64,000 bases of DNA from Eledone cirrhosa (lineage: Eukaryota): the NCBI GenBank assembly GCA_964016885.1, contig OZ024745.1, positions 64,108,001-64,172,000 on the forward strand, in the 5' to 3' direction. Below, one piece after another: positions 52,640 through 64,000 of this stretch. The position numbers were made by a program, and so were the translations under genes. The notes under the pieces were generated by a model. It did not search any database. It was given only the letters and a program-made list of their open reading frames with translations, and was not told where the DNA came from. Positions within the stretch are counted from its first letter, which is position 1; each line of letters begins with the position of its first letter.

Positions 52640-53018
52640 TGTTCTCCCCCTCGTACTCCCCCTCGTACTCGCCCTCGTACTCGCCCTCGTTCTCGCCCTC
52701 TTTCTCCCCCTCTTTCTCCCCCTCGTACTCGCCCTCGTTCTCGCCCTCTTTCTCCCCCTCGTACTCGCCCTCTTTCTCCTACTCTCTTCCTTCTTTCTCC
52801 TACTCTCTTCCTTCCCTCTTTCTCCTCCTACTCTCTTCCCTCTTTCTCCTCCTACTCTCTTCCCTCTTTCTCCTCCTACTTTCTCCTCCTACTCTCTTCC
52901 CTCTTTCTCCTCCTACTCTCTTCCCTCTTTCTCCTACTCTCTTCCCTCTTTCTCCTACTCTCTTCCTTCTTTCTCCTCCTACTCTCTTCCTTCTTTCTCC
53001 TCCTACCCCCCCCCCCCA
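52640..53018. repeat. Polypyrimidine tandem repeats (12-bp TACTCGCCCTCG shifting to 21-24-bp CT-rich units)
   Basis: Read directly. Confidence 0.9.
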
Positions 53019-53424
53019 TGTCTTTACCTGTGAGAATAAATAATAATTAGACATTTCTATATATATATATTATAATTTATTTCCAATAATCAGGACTGAA
53101 TCATACTGCAGTCTATTATAATTTTCTTTTGAAATTTTCATGTCAACTCATAATGACTGGCTTACACTTGTGCCTCTTAGGGAATACGGCAATACTAATT
53201 GAATATCTAATCAATTGTAACTTTGTGTGTGTATGTGTGTGCGCGTGCGTGCACCACACACACACCATCAATAACATCAAAGAAGATGCTGCGTTTATTC
53301 ATTATAATTATTTCTATGGCGAGCTGTATACAATTCAAGATGTAGTGGTTGCATTTGTTGCTGGTATGGGTGCGATACATTTATGTTTAGGCAAAAACTT
53401 GTTCTTTTTGCGTGCCTCACAAGC

Positions 53425-53457
<33 letters not shown>

Positions 53458-54252
53458 TGGCTGTGTAGTTGCCTCATTAGTTGTCTGCTGGGGGTCTAGG
53501 ATATTTCTATGATTTAAAGACAAGATATATATATTTAAGATTTAATATAGAAATGGCTTCTACAGAACTAGAACTGTTTCATTTGAAGGAGACATTTGCA
53601 AGGGCATCCAGCTGGAGAAACCAAAACAAAATACAGAATTGTATGTGGAATATCTGGTCACCTAACCTGATTCCTCTCATAACATGACAATCCATCTAAC
53701 CCTTGTAAGCCTGTAAAAATAGATGTTTAATGGTGATGGTGATGATATATATATATAAAGAGAAAGAGATTTCCTCATTATCACAATTTCATGTCCATTT
53801 CTTGTCACTTTCTAAAGCTAGGCAAGTCAGACAACCATGTCATGCTCAAATCTTCCATTCTGGTATGGTTTCTGCTCCAACCACCCTTAGAGAATATACT
53901 GGGTGCATTTCATCGTGGCATCAGCATGTTCACCTTACAAGGGTACTGTTTGAGGTGATGAGTAATAGTGGTGGTGTTTGGATAATGAAGAAGAAATAAT
54001 AAATTAGAATCAGAATTCAAATGTCTTCATGTATATTAGTGTAATTTTATATTTCTATGTCTACATTTCTAGTCTATTATATCATTTCATTAGTTTTATA
54101 GCTCTAGTGTTGCAGTAAAAAATAAATATCAATTATAGAATTAATAGTATTATTACTATTGTATTGTTTTAAGAAATGGTTTTGCAAACGTTAGAATGAG
54201 TGTTTTAATGATGTTTTTAACTTATATTTATCAAATATTCTTTAATTTTCAG

Positions 54253-54405
54253 CTAAGAAAAGCTGTTGTGGATCATGTATCTGACTCTTTTCTGGAAACC
54301 AATGTTCCTCTCCTTGTGCTCATTGAAGCAGCTAAGGCTGGTAATGAGTCAGCTGTGGAAGAGTTTGCTATCATATATTCTGAACATGCTGATAAGCTTG
54401 TTGAG
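54253..54405 (+). CDS. CTNNA: alpha-catenin coding exon 9 (gene continues beyond the window)
   Basis: ttcag|LRKAVVDHVSDSFLETNVPLLVLIEAAKAGNESAVEEFAIIYSEHADKLVE|gtatgt; 153 nt; the next expected exon (VANLAC-like) was not found before 64000. Confidence 0.97.
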
Positions 54406-54892
54406 GTATGTATTATCATCATCGCAGTTCTCATCATTATCACTATCATCATCATCATCATCATCATTTTATTTTCACTTTCTATGCTTCCTTGGGTTGG
54501 GGCAGTTGTCATAGTTTCTTATGAATACTTATTTCGAGTTACTGTTCTCCTAGACTGGTTAGGAGACCATTTTTGCTCATAATTCCTTTTTTGGCATGGG
54601 TTATATGACCGGGCATCCTTAACATCAACCCCTGTACAGAGAGCACAATCACTAGAGAGGTTGTCATTTCCTCAGAGAAACTTGAGTCCTGTCTAGCCTA
54701 TGCTGTTTGTTTGTTTGCAAAACATTTTAGTGTTATGGGTGCATTTTGTCATAGCACCTGCAATAGAGATGGGGGGGGGGGTGAAAGGATGAGTTTTGCC
54801 TTATCGTCTTCAACACTAAAGAGTTCTCTCCGCTCTATATTGCCTCTTAATCAACATAATCAGAATTTATTAGTGTTTTTTTTTTTTTTGGA

Positions 54893-55029
54893 TTGAAGAA
54901 ACGAGCTAGTTAGAAGAGTACATAATTTGAAGAAACGAGCTAGTTAGAAGAGTACATAATTTGAAGAAATGAGCTAGTTAGAAGAGTACATAATTTGAAG
55001 AAATGAGCTAGTTAGAAGAGTACTTAATT
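54893..55029. repeat. 34-bp tandem repeat, 4 copies
   Basis: TTGAAGAAAYGAGCTAGTTAGAAGAGTACATAAT. Confidence 0.95.
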
Positions 55030-55546
55030 TCTTAACTGATAATATTTTACATTAAAAAATATTTAATTTTGATTCGGCAGGTTTTGGGGAGATCAAATAT
55101 AGAATTAGTAATTATTTTATTTTGCTTAAATGAAGCTACTGAGCCTTGTCATGTTGGAGATGCTTGGCAAAAGACACATTTCTAAATTGGTAGATTTAAA
55201 CTGTTCCCCATTTAATGCTTCTACAATGCTTCCTGAAATTCACTAACACTACACCTTATATTCCCCCTCCATATACACGCATGTGTGTGTCTGTGTGTAT
55301 GTCATGGCTCATACACTGCTCACTTTCTTGACATTTGTACATTATTCTATGTAATATACATGCACCTTTGATGAGATGTAGTGCACCTCAGCACCATACA
55401 CAATAATTTTCATTATATATTATCTAGCTAGTAAGAATATTGAATTTAATGAAGCTGCTGATCTTGCAGTGTATATAGACCAATGCTAAAAGTAGTTTTG
55501 TTAGTGTTGATTGTCCAACATCTCTTAGATTGTAGATTAATATTAA

Positions 55547-56384
55547 CTAGCTGACGTACCCAGCTTCGCCCGGGTAAACAGATAAGAGAAGACATTTACC
55601 TGTATTGGATGTTTGTCTGGTTACAGTATGAGGTGCATCCGTGGTGTCTGTGTGATACAAAAAACAGTAAAAAAAATCTTACAGATATACCAGTTTCTTC
55701 ATTGTACCGTTTGTGCATAGTATATGAACAATTCTAGGTGCTCCCACCTAGAATAGTGACCTCTAGGAGATGGTTCATTTTCTGCCTGACTGTAAAACGT
55801 GTATCATTGCATAGACATGGTTGTTCCACGTTTCTCAAAAGGATGGAAGTTCCAATCTTTTATATTATATGTAGATATAGATATAGATAATTAATATAAA
55901 AGATGATGCTCAGCCAGTTCATCTTCAACCATCGCAGCACGCTGTCGCTGTTTGTCTCCAGTGTTTCGTTGGCATTGTTCAGCCAGCTCCTCTTCATTCA
56001 TGGCGGCACGTCTTCGACTCTGAAGTTCGGCGTTCCAATGACGCTGTTCAGCCCGTTTTTCTTCATTCCTGGCTGCACGCCGTCGCCGCTGTAGTTCAGT
56101 TTGATAAAGTCGAATTGCTTTTACTTTCTGTGGAACGCTGCACGCACGCACACACACATAAACATAGGCGCATGTACATACACACGCACACATGGTAATA
56201 GTTGCAGCGTTCACTTTGCCTCTCTATTTCTTACTCTCCCCTCTCACTCCCTCATTGGCATTATGCATATTAATTTAAGTTTGGCGTCGTTGAGGTGGGT
56301 GGAATCATTTGAAACCTATGAACCAATGATAATCGAGAATTATGACACACGGAATACTGACATTGTTGAAATTAATATATAGAT
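55547..56384 (-). mobile_element. Non-autonomous Helitron (composite) carrying an R/E-rich repeat peptide remnant
   Basis: Minus-strand 3' end ACCCGGGCGAAGCTGGGTAC..CTAG|T; 5'-type ends TCTATAT.. at about 55887 and 56384; ORF remnant ELQRRRRAARNEEKRAEQR.. Confidence 0.7.
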
Positions 56385-56967
56385 AGAAATGGAAAGGTGA
56401 TGGTGAGGAAATGGGTTTGAACCTAAAGCCCTTTGCAATTGAAAACACCCTCTTAGATTAGGGCCCTCTATGACTGGGACATTATTAATATCATTACTTC
56501 TCTCTTTATATATGCTACTTTAGAGTGCTGACTACTACTGCAGTCCTGTTGTTTTTTTTTCAAATTGTCTCCTTCATACTAAGTAAGCTGAGAGTATGGA
56601 AATAAGGTTTTGCTGCTCTTTTGATGATGTCCAGAAGGCCTAAAGATATAAATATTAAGGCATGTTTTGCATCTGTAGTGACATATGGTGCATTATTAGA
56701 GATGTTTGGATTAATATTGATAAACCTTGTATATATACGTTGAAGTTGAAAGCTAGTGGAAATTGTGTCCATTTAATATGAACATTTTAGCCACTTAAAT
56801 TAAAATACATTTATTCTTCATATTTTATATTTACTTTTAGTCTATGCAGGCATTGCCTATCCCCCCCCCCACTCTCTCTTATGCACACGCTTCAGTTTTT
56901 TATTTGTTTTGTAAATGGCATCATGACCCTCCCAAAAATCATTTAGTGTGTGTTAGTGTATGTGTGT

Positions 56968-57009
<42 letters not shown>

Positions 57010-57223
57010 TTAAAATGTAAACAAATAACGAGGCAAACAACATAGTACATGGAAGAAATATATTAGTTTAATGCTTGAAATAGCAGGAAAAGAGTCTCAA
57101 CGTTTCGCACACTAGTCTTTCATAGGAAGATATTTAGAAATAGAAGTTAATATAGAAAGATAAAGTGTGAGGAGGAAACAAAAGGTGGCGAAAAACGTGT
57201 GTATTCAGTCAGCCATTTAGGAG

Positions 57224-57225
<2 letters not shown>
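57010..57225 (-). mobile_element. Solo PLE pLTR-like remnant between (TA)n tracts, with a decayed hammerhead core
   Basis: Minus strand cCTATGAAagactagtgtgcGAAACGTTgagac; same layout as 1459-1640. Confidence 0.55.
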
Positions 57226-57268
<43 letters not shown>

Positions 57269-58727
57269 TGTAATATGACACATTTATACTCCAGTGTAAA
57301 TCTTAGTATCAATGAGATTTTTCATAAAAAGTACTCAACAAATATTCATATAAATTATGAATCGTTTGGAGCTATACATGTAAGAATAAGCAGAAAAGTT
57401 GACTCCTGATACATGATATTTAGGAAATATGCATGTTTTTACCTCACAGTAAATCTTATATACATGCGAACATGAATTTCATGGGCCTCATGTTAGAAGT
57501 TTGCTTTGCAATTATGACATGAGGTTCAGTCTCAAGAGTTTCATATAAGTTTTGTATTTAGTAGATTGAAACATCATGGAAACCCATTAAAGAACTGTAT
57601 CTTTAATTCAAAGTATTAATCCTGTTATACAATGTTATACTGATTCTGCTGAAATATTGAAGGGTACATGTTCCCTGGAACCCTCAGCTAATTACTCTAT
57701 CCTTCAATGAGTGTATAGTTCTGTTGATCAAATAACTGGAATACTTGTCATCAAAACCAACAGAGGATCCATTTACCTTTTTTTTATATTACTCTTTCCC
57801 ATAAAATTTGTGGCTTGCAAGTAGAAAAGAAATCAAAAGCTATTTGTTTGCTGAAAGATGTTACATTTTTAACTCTGGGTTGTTGTTAACCTGATTGTGG
57901 AAGCAAGTTTGATATAGAACATCTACAGGGTTGCCAAATTTGTTAAATACAGCAGTCAAATAACTCTATACTGTCTTCAAATGTAGGCGGACATATTTCA
58001 TATTGTAGTCCTGGTTACATTAAATCTGAAAAAAAAAAAGACATGATGGTCACAGCTGGAATTACTTCTCTATCAGGAGTAACCCGGGGTCAAATAATGA
58101 TGGCAATCATAATGGTCCCTGATTTAGGAATTTTGGCAATAGTAAATTGGGGGTGTCACATTCTGAATATAAAGAAAATCTTGTATAACTTGTATTTGAC
58201 AGTTTGATATTTTAAAAAAACAACTTATTTTTCTCTAATGGTAGAAACAAATTGTACTCCACCCACCCCAAAGTCTTTCATCAATATCATTATGATAATG
58301 TTTTTAAGTGTCCCTCTCACCATCATTCCAACGGATGTTTTCATAGATCTGCCTGGCTATATTAATCAGTTAAATGCTCTTGGGTTAAAGTAGGACTATT
58401 CAGATTGTATAATTGATATGACACTAAATATTTCCTGTCTGCTGAAGTATATATGAATGAGACTGAATTCTTTTTACATCCTTCTCTTTTTAGTAGTCTC
58501 TTAAAAACTGCAATTAGGTTAAGTTTAAAAACACCCACATTTTCCACTTCTTCTCTGCCTCTTCAATTTTTCTCATTCATACCCTGCAATAATTATCAGT
58601 ATCTGTTTATTCTGCTGCTCACTACATTTTTTTCACTATAACATCATGAAGTATGAAACTTATATAACTTTATTAAGCACTTACTGTACTGGATTACATA
58701 ATACACATTATAGTAATATATATTACA

Positions 58728-59316
58728 CTAGCAGTGGTACCCGGCGTTGCATGGGATAAGGTATTTTGCAACGCGGGCTGCCAACAGACCTAATCGTGGA
58801 AAAACTGCATGCCTGGACAATATGTAAAGAAAATAAACCGAATACTCTGATGGCTAGATAATCAAGATTTTCCTTGATGAAGCAGGAAAAATGCAGGTTT
58901 TCACCTAATGTGGGCCCTAGGGGATCAAGAAAATGAATTTTTTTAATGTGCATAATATGCCTTGAAATTTTGGGAAAATCGGCTAGACGTAACGCCTCCA
59001 AAAAGCCCTAAAAAGCTGAAAAAATGAAGTTTTTCACCTAATGCCATAAAAAAGTTGGATTTTCTTTGCTCACGGTATGAAGAAGAGACTGACTAATACA
59101 TAGTTATAATTTCAAGGAAATCGGTCTGACGTAACGCCTCAAAAAAACCCTAAAAAGCTGAAAAAATGCAGTTTTTCAGCTATTGTGGGCCCTAGGGGAC
59201 CAAAAAGTAATACACATGTAAAGTTTGAAAAAAATCGGTTGGGTACTTGAGTTTTAGGGATTCAAACTCAGACACATGCATACACAGACAAACATCCTCA
59301 GTTTTATATATATAGA
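58728..59316 (-). mobile_element. Non-autonomous Helitron
   Basis: Minus-strand 5' TCTATATATATAAAA; 3' CCCATGCAACGCCGGGTACCACTGCTAG|T; internal ~150-bp direct duplication (58970-59040 vs 59117-59180). Confidence 0.75.
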
Positions 59317-59850
59317 CTAGCAGAAAACCACCCGGTGGGCGGTTTTCTGCTAGCAAATCTAGTGTATATACTGATATTGTTGAGATTTGGATGAGAAATG
59401 TTTTCGGCACCACATGTTCACCGTCTCTCGGTGTGTCTTTTATGCATGTATAAATATATATGTTATCTATACGGTGAAATCTTTGAAATAAATATATGTT
59501 AAAAGGAGAAAAAGAGATTAGTGACGGAAATATAAACGTTATGATACATAAACGTTATGATATAACGATGGAAATATATCTTCAAATGGTCCTTGGCATG
59601 GTGTCAAGTCAGAACCGCCTCAAACTGGTTACTTCTGGCTTGTGCAAGGTGTCTCTATAGCAACCAGCAATTCCCTCGGCCTCAGTGACCAAAGTCAGTG
59701 GAGAGGGGAAGGTAATGTTTCTATAGCGACAGTGTTTCTCTTGGTAGTACCAAAGTGGAGAAAAGAAGGGGAAGGTAATATTTCTGTAGCACCTACATTT
59801 GAGTTTTAGGGAAGGACAGACAGACAAACAGAGAAATGCCCATATATTTC
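59317..59850 (-). mobile_element. Helitron-like element abutting the previous one; 5' end uncertain (a 5'-type end lies at about 60697)
   Basis: Terminal palindrome CTAGCAGAAAACC..GGTTTTCTGCTAG (59317-59353); (CTGT)n near 59815 and 60655. Confidence 0.55.
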
Positions 59851-59908
59851 TGTGTGTGTAATATATATATATATATATATTACACACAGAAATGTATATA
59901 TATTTCTC

Positions 59909-59939
<31 letters not shown>

Positions 59940-60112
59940 TACATACACAGAAATGTATATATATTTCTGTGTGTATATATATATATATATTACACACAGA
60001 AATGTATATATATTTCTGTGTCTATATATATATTATACACACAGAAATGTATATATATTTCTGTGTGTGTATATATATATATATTACACACACAGAAATG
60101 TATATATATTTC
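59845..60112. repeat. Array of about 5 self-palindromic units separated by (TA)n
   Basis: ACACAGAAAT-GTATAT-ATATTTCTGTGT repeated. Confidence 0.9.
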
Positions 60113-60231
60113 TTAGAACAAAATTATTATTAATGTTTTGCTGTTCATAACAATTGGAATTGAAAAATTACTTTTGAAATTATTAGTTATTTTACTAATG
60201 CTTAGATATGTAAAAATGAAGCAATGTTTCT

Positions 60232-60423
60232 AATAATTGTTTCTACTTTTGGCACAAGGCCAGCAATTACCCAGTACATTACTGGTACTTTATTTTATTG
60301 ACCCCGTGAGGATGAAAGGCAAAGTTAACCTCGGCGGTATTTGAACTCAGACCGTAAAGGGACGTAACTCCATGCTATGAAGCATGGTGTCCGACTCTAC
60401 AGATTCTGCCAATCCACCGCCCT
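60232..60423 (-). mobile_element. tRNA-derived SINE (family B)
   Basis: Highly similar to 13923-14112; tail fragment also at about 62445-62482. Confidence 0.75.
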
Positions 60424-60905
60424 AATGTCTGTACGTAATGAGGGAGTGAGGGGAGAGAAAGAAAGGCAGAGGTGAAGTGACAAAGTGACTCTCTCCTCCT
60501 CCTCATTCGTCACAGCGATAGAGACGAGGAATGTTAGTGTGTTACAAAGAGAAAGAGTGAGAGTGAGAGAAACAGACAGACTAAAAGAGAGGGATAGCTG
60601 GAGAGAGAGAGAGAGAGAGATAGCAACCACGCGCGCACGTGTTTCCACTGTCGGACAGACAGACAGAGAAATTGCTGGTTATATATTATAAGGAGATAAT
60701 GCATACTACACTTTTAGACATTACATAATTCATATTACACTAATACACATTACATAATGCATGCCACATTAATACGCATTTCACAATAATGCTATACTAA
60801 TACATGTTACATAATATATATTACATAATACATGATACACTAATACATGTTATATAGTACACACTACACTAATATATATATTTATATATATATATATATA
60901 TATAT

Positions 60906-61218
60906 ATAAAGTATTGAAAAAATAATGAATAAAACAATGAAACAGTTCCTTATATTAAACAAAAAAAGTTCATCATTTAACGATCGTTTCTAGGACATAG
61001 AAACGATCGTTAAATGATGAACTTTTTTTGTTTAATAAAGGGAACTGTTTCATTGTTTTATTCATTATTTTTTTAATACTTTATCTTGACTCTGTATTCC
61101 GTTTATCTTTCACCAAAAGTGATTTTTGAATGCATCTCTTCTTTCCATGATATCCTGATTACATTGAGTTCTTCATACGGATTGGACACTACCGTAAACT
61201 CTTGGTAGATTTATCTAC
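60906..61218. mobile_element. 87-bp inverted repeat plus tail between (TA)n tracts; probable inverted PLE pLTR remnant
   Basis: Arms 60906-60992 and 60998-61084, loop GGACA, 3 mismatches; GAAACGATCGTT at the apex. Confidence 0.6.
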
Positions 61219-63486
61219 ATATATATATATATATATATATATTACAAGATACATGCTACAGTAATACATATTTCATAATATACTCTACATTACAGTTTTG
61301 TTATAACTGAATAAATTATTATACTACTTTACATTTTGTTAACATTATATAATACTACTATACTACATTGTATCACCATTTAAATATGACCTACAAATTT
61401 ACACTATATATTAATGTTAACATTACACTGTTTACATTACATATTAAGCAAACATGTAGTGGACACTAGTCTCCACCAATCTTTTCTTTACCCTCCATTC
61501 CTCCATTCACTCTCCCCAGTCTAAATAACCCCCTCACCCTCTAAATACCCCTTGCACCTCATCCATTTCTTACTTGCCACTCTTCCAAAAATCCCTCATG
61601 CCTGATACACCTCTCTTTCCACCCCATGCATACAAGCATGAAAAATGGTCACACTCCACATCTGATATCCCATAGTGCTGTTGCTATGACAAAAACGCAT
61701 GAGTTCACCCAGTATGGTGATCTGGTTCCACAATAACAAAAGCACCTAGTCCATCCTGTAAGGTGGCCATGCTGATGATATGAGAAAAAAGTACCCAGTC
61801 CATGTTGTAAGGTAATTATGCTGGTGACACGTTGAAAAACACCCAGTTTGGTGCTATGATAAAAGCACCCAGTCTACACTAATGTGATTGGCATTTAGAT
61901 TGGCATCAAGCTGTAGAACCGAAGCCAAAATACAGATCTGTATGAGCAAGACAAGGTCACCTGACTTAACATGTCTCATAATGTGACAACCTGTCTAACC
62001 CATGCAAATGTGGGAAATAGGTGTCAAATGATAGTTATGATTATAAGATACGTTTCTTCAGTTTACTATTTTATTAAATATGTGTAAAAAGCAAATCTCC
62101 TTGTTGATATGTGTTAGTTTGGGAGGCTACGGCTACTATCATGATGTATTAGACATAGATATGTAACACATGGGAACTAATGTTTTTCTGGTCATGCCCA
62201 TGGCATGTAAACTAAACCTACCAAATACTCTTTAGTGCTGAACCATACAGCTTTGTAGTACTTAGATATTGCCAGGTTGACTGAAGTTGTTGAAATTTCA
62301 GTGGTTTAGATGTAATATATATATATAGCACAGCATTGATTACAGAATGTCAACTTCTGACTCTTTAGCTGGTTCATTTAATTGTTGATCCATTTCAAAA
62401 TGAATTTTGAATAGTGGAAATGTACTACTGGCTATCCTATATCAAATAATTGTTTCTACTTTTGGCACAAGGCCATCAATTACCCATAATTTTTCAGCTA
62501 TTGATGTGTAATTGAATACAAATGTCTGTTTCACTTTTGATTTCTCTGACTGGTTTCAAACATTGTTGGGAATTTATTTAGAGATGACTCATTTGCCTTT
62601 TTCAGTTCATGGAGAAATGTAGCGTATAGTTCTTTCGTCACAACAAATAAAGATTTCAGTAAATTGGTAAATCCAATTTTCATAAATAGTGCTCTGCTGG
62701 CAGCTAGGTCAATCAATTATTTATTGATGTATTAAGTAAAGGATTTTGTATAGTGGTGAAATTATGGAAAAAAAGAGATTTGTGTATGTGTACCGTGTAT
62801 TCAACTCCACATTGCAACAATAGCGAACATCTTGTACTTTTTGAGAGGGTTCAACTATAATACATTTCCATTACATTTAACTGATTGTTGTTGTTGTTGG
62901 TTAGCTGAAACTGAACTAAAAACGATACACACACTTAATGAAATAAGCCATCTTTCTAGCACAAAAAATTGTAGTCAAATATATTGACCAAAGTCTTATA
63001 AAGGTTGATATTTCATTAAGGCAATTATTTTTGATATTTCATACAGTTTCATTGCAATTTTTCCACATTTACTAAAACATTCTAATTCGTTCATTATTTT
63101 AAGAATATTCTTTTTTTTTTTTTTTTTTTTTTTGTTGCTGTTAAATTTGAACTCCATTGTCCAAGTCACACCGACTCATTCACACAATTCTGATGCTATC
63201 AAACTCACATACACACACACTCTGATACATTCATTTGTAATTCAAGTATTCATTTACTTTCATTCATTCATTTATTTATTCATACCCTGCCACATCATCA
63301 TTCAATTTTGTTTTATGTAACATCAGTTATATTCATTCATTCCTTGTTATTTTGTTTATATTCCTTCTTTCACTTATTTTCCACCATATCGACCACATTT
63401 GCCTCTTCATTCATTTGCTTCATCAATCATATTCATTGATTGAATTATTTTTCACCGTATCAATCATATTTGCTAAATCACTTGTA

Positions 63487-63770
63487 ATGGGGTTCCTTCG
63501 AAGTGTGTTTTGAGTAACATTACTTGATAGAATGTGTAGCTCGGAGATCAGAGAGTCACTCCAGGTAGAACCACTACTTCTCTGAATTGAGAGATCACAG
63601 CTCCGATAGTATGGGCATGTGGTTAGAATGTCTCGGGGGAAAGATCGCTCAGCAGGAGATCCAAGAGTAGACCGCAAGCAAGATGGTTGGTTAATATGCA
63701 TAAGCTTGGCTGGTCTCGCTTGGGGATCCAGCTGGATCAATTGAAGATGGTTGCTTCTGACAGGATCTGC
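63487..63770 (+). mobile_element. RTE LINE C-terminal RT fragment (pseudogenised)
   Basis: MGFLRSVF*VTLLDRMCSSEIRESLQVEPLLL*IERSQLR*YGHVVRM. Confidence 0.8.
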
Positions 63771-64000
63771 TGGAAGGAGTGTTTAAGGACTCTGTTCCTA
63801 TGACCCTCTCAGGAATAAGGGGTGAAGAAGAGGAGAAAAGAGACTTGTATCTTCAGCCAATCATTTTCTCATTTGTTGTTGCTGCTCTTATAACAATTAT
63901 TCATTCACTTATTTCATACATACTCATTCATTGTCATATTTAACACAGTCATCAATTTTATTACTCACTGTCTATTTTTCTCTCTTTAATCCGGGTGGTT

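Noticed and set aside
52639-52790. SPSY/SPSF repeats resembling the RNA polymerase II CTD
   Set aside because: Period is 4 aa (12 bp), not the YSPTSPS heptad; part of a polypyrimidine tract with no splice context
57929-57975. cag-g-GTTGCC as the next alpha-catenin exon (VA..)
   Set aside because: Does not continue as VANLAC; lies in a SINE C copy
62531-62716. 61-aa minus ORF with vague transposase-like character
   Set aside because: No recognisable catalytic motif or TIRs

Overview
AT-rich, repeat-dense eukaryotic genomic DNA. The repeat landscape of (TA)n arrays, tRNA/CORE-like SINEs and RTE tails suggests an octopod cephalopod (inference only). The one host gene is a + strand alpha-catenin: nine coding exons at 25658-54405 (1293 nt, 431 aa, N domain and part of the M domain), a probable 5' UTR exon ending at 8431, and the rest of the gene beyond the window. 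Upstream (1-7500) lie three retroelements: two Penelope-like elements (PLEs) on the minus strand and a decayed CRE-type RLE non-LTR element. One PLE is Neptune-like (RT + GIY-YIG) with a hammerhead-like motif and 12 ACUAAC motifs in its 3' UTR. The introns hold satellites, SINEs, LINE fragments, MITEs, Helitrons and solo PLE pLTR remnants. Best leads: an in-frame 36-nt microexon (CRGKNKLHSKNQ), plus a possible 17+22-nt pair, right after the vinculin-binding helix of alpha-catenin; the paired ACUAAC cluster beside the PLE ribozyme; and two long intronic hairpins. Most short ORFs in the supplied track are repeat artefacts. All calls were read by eye; no searches were run.
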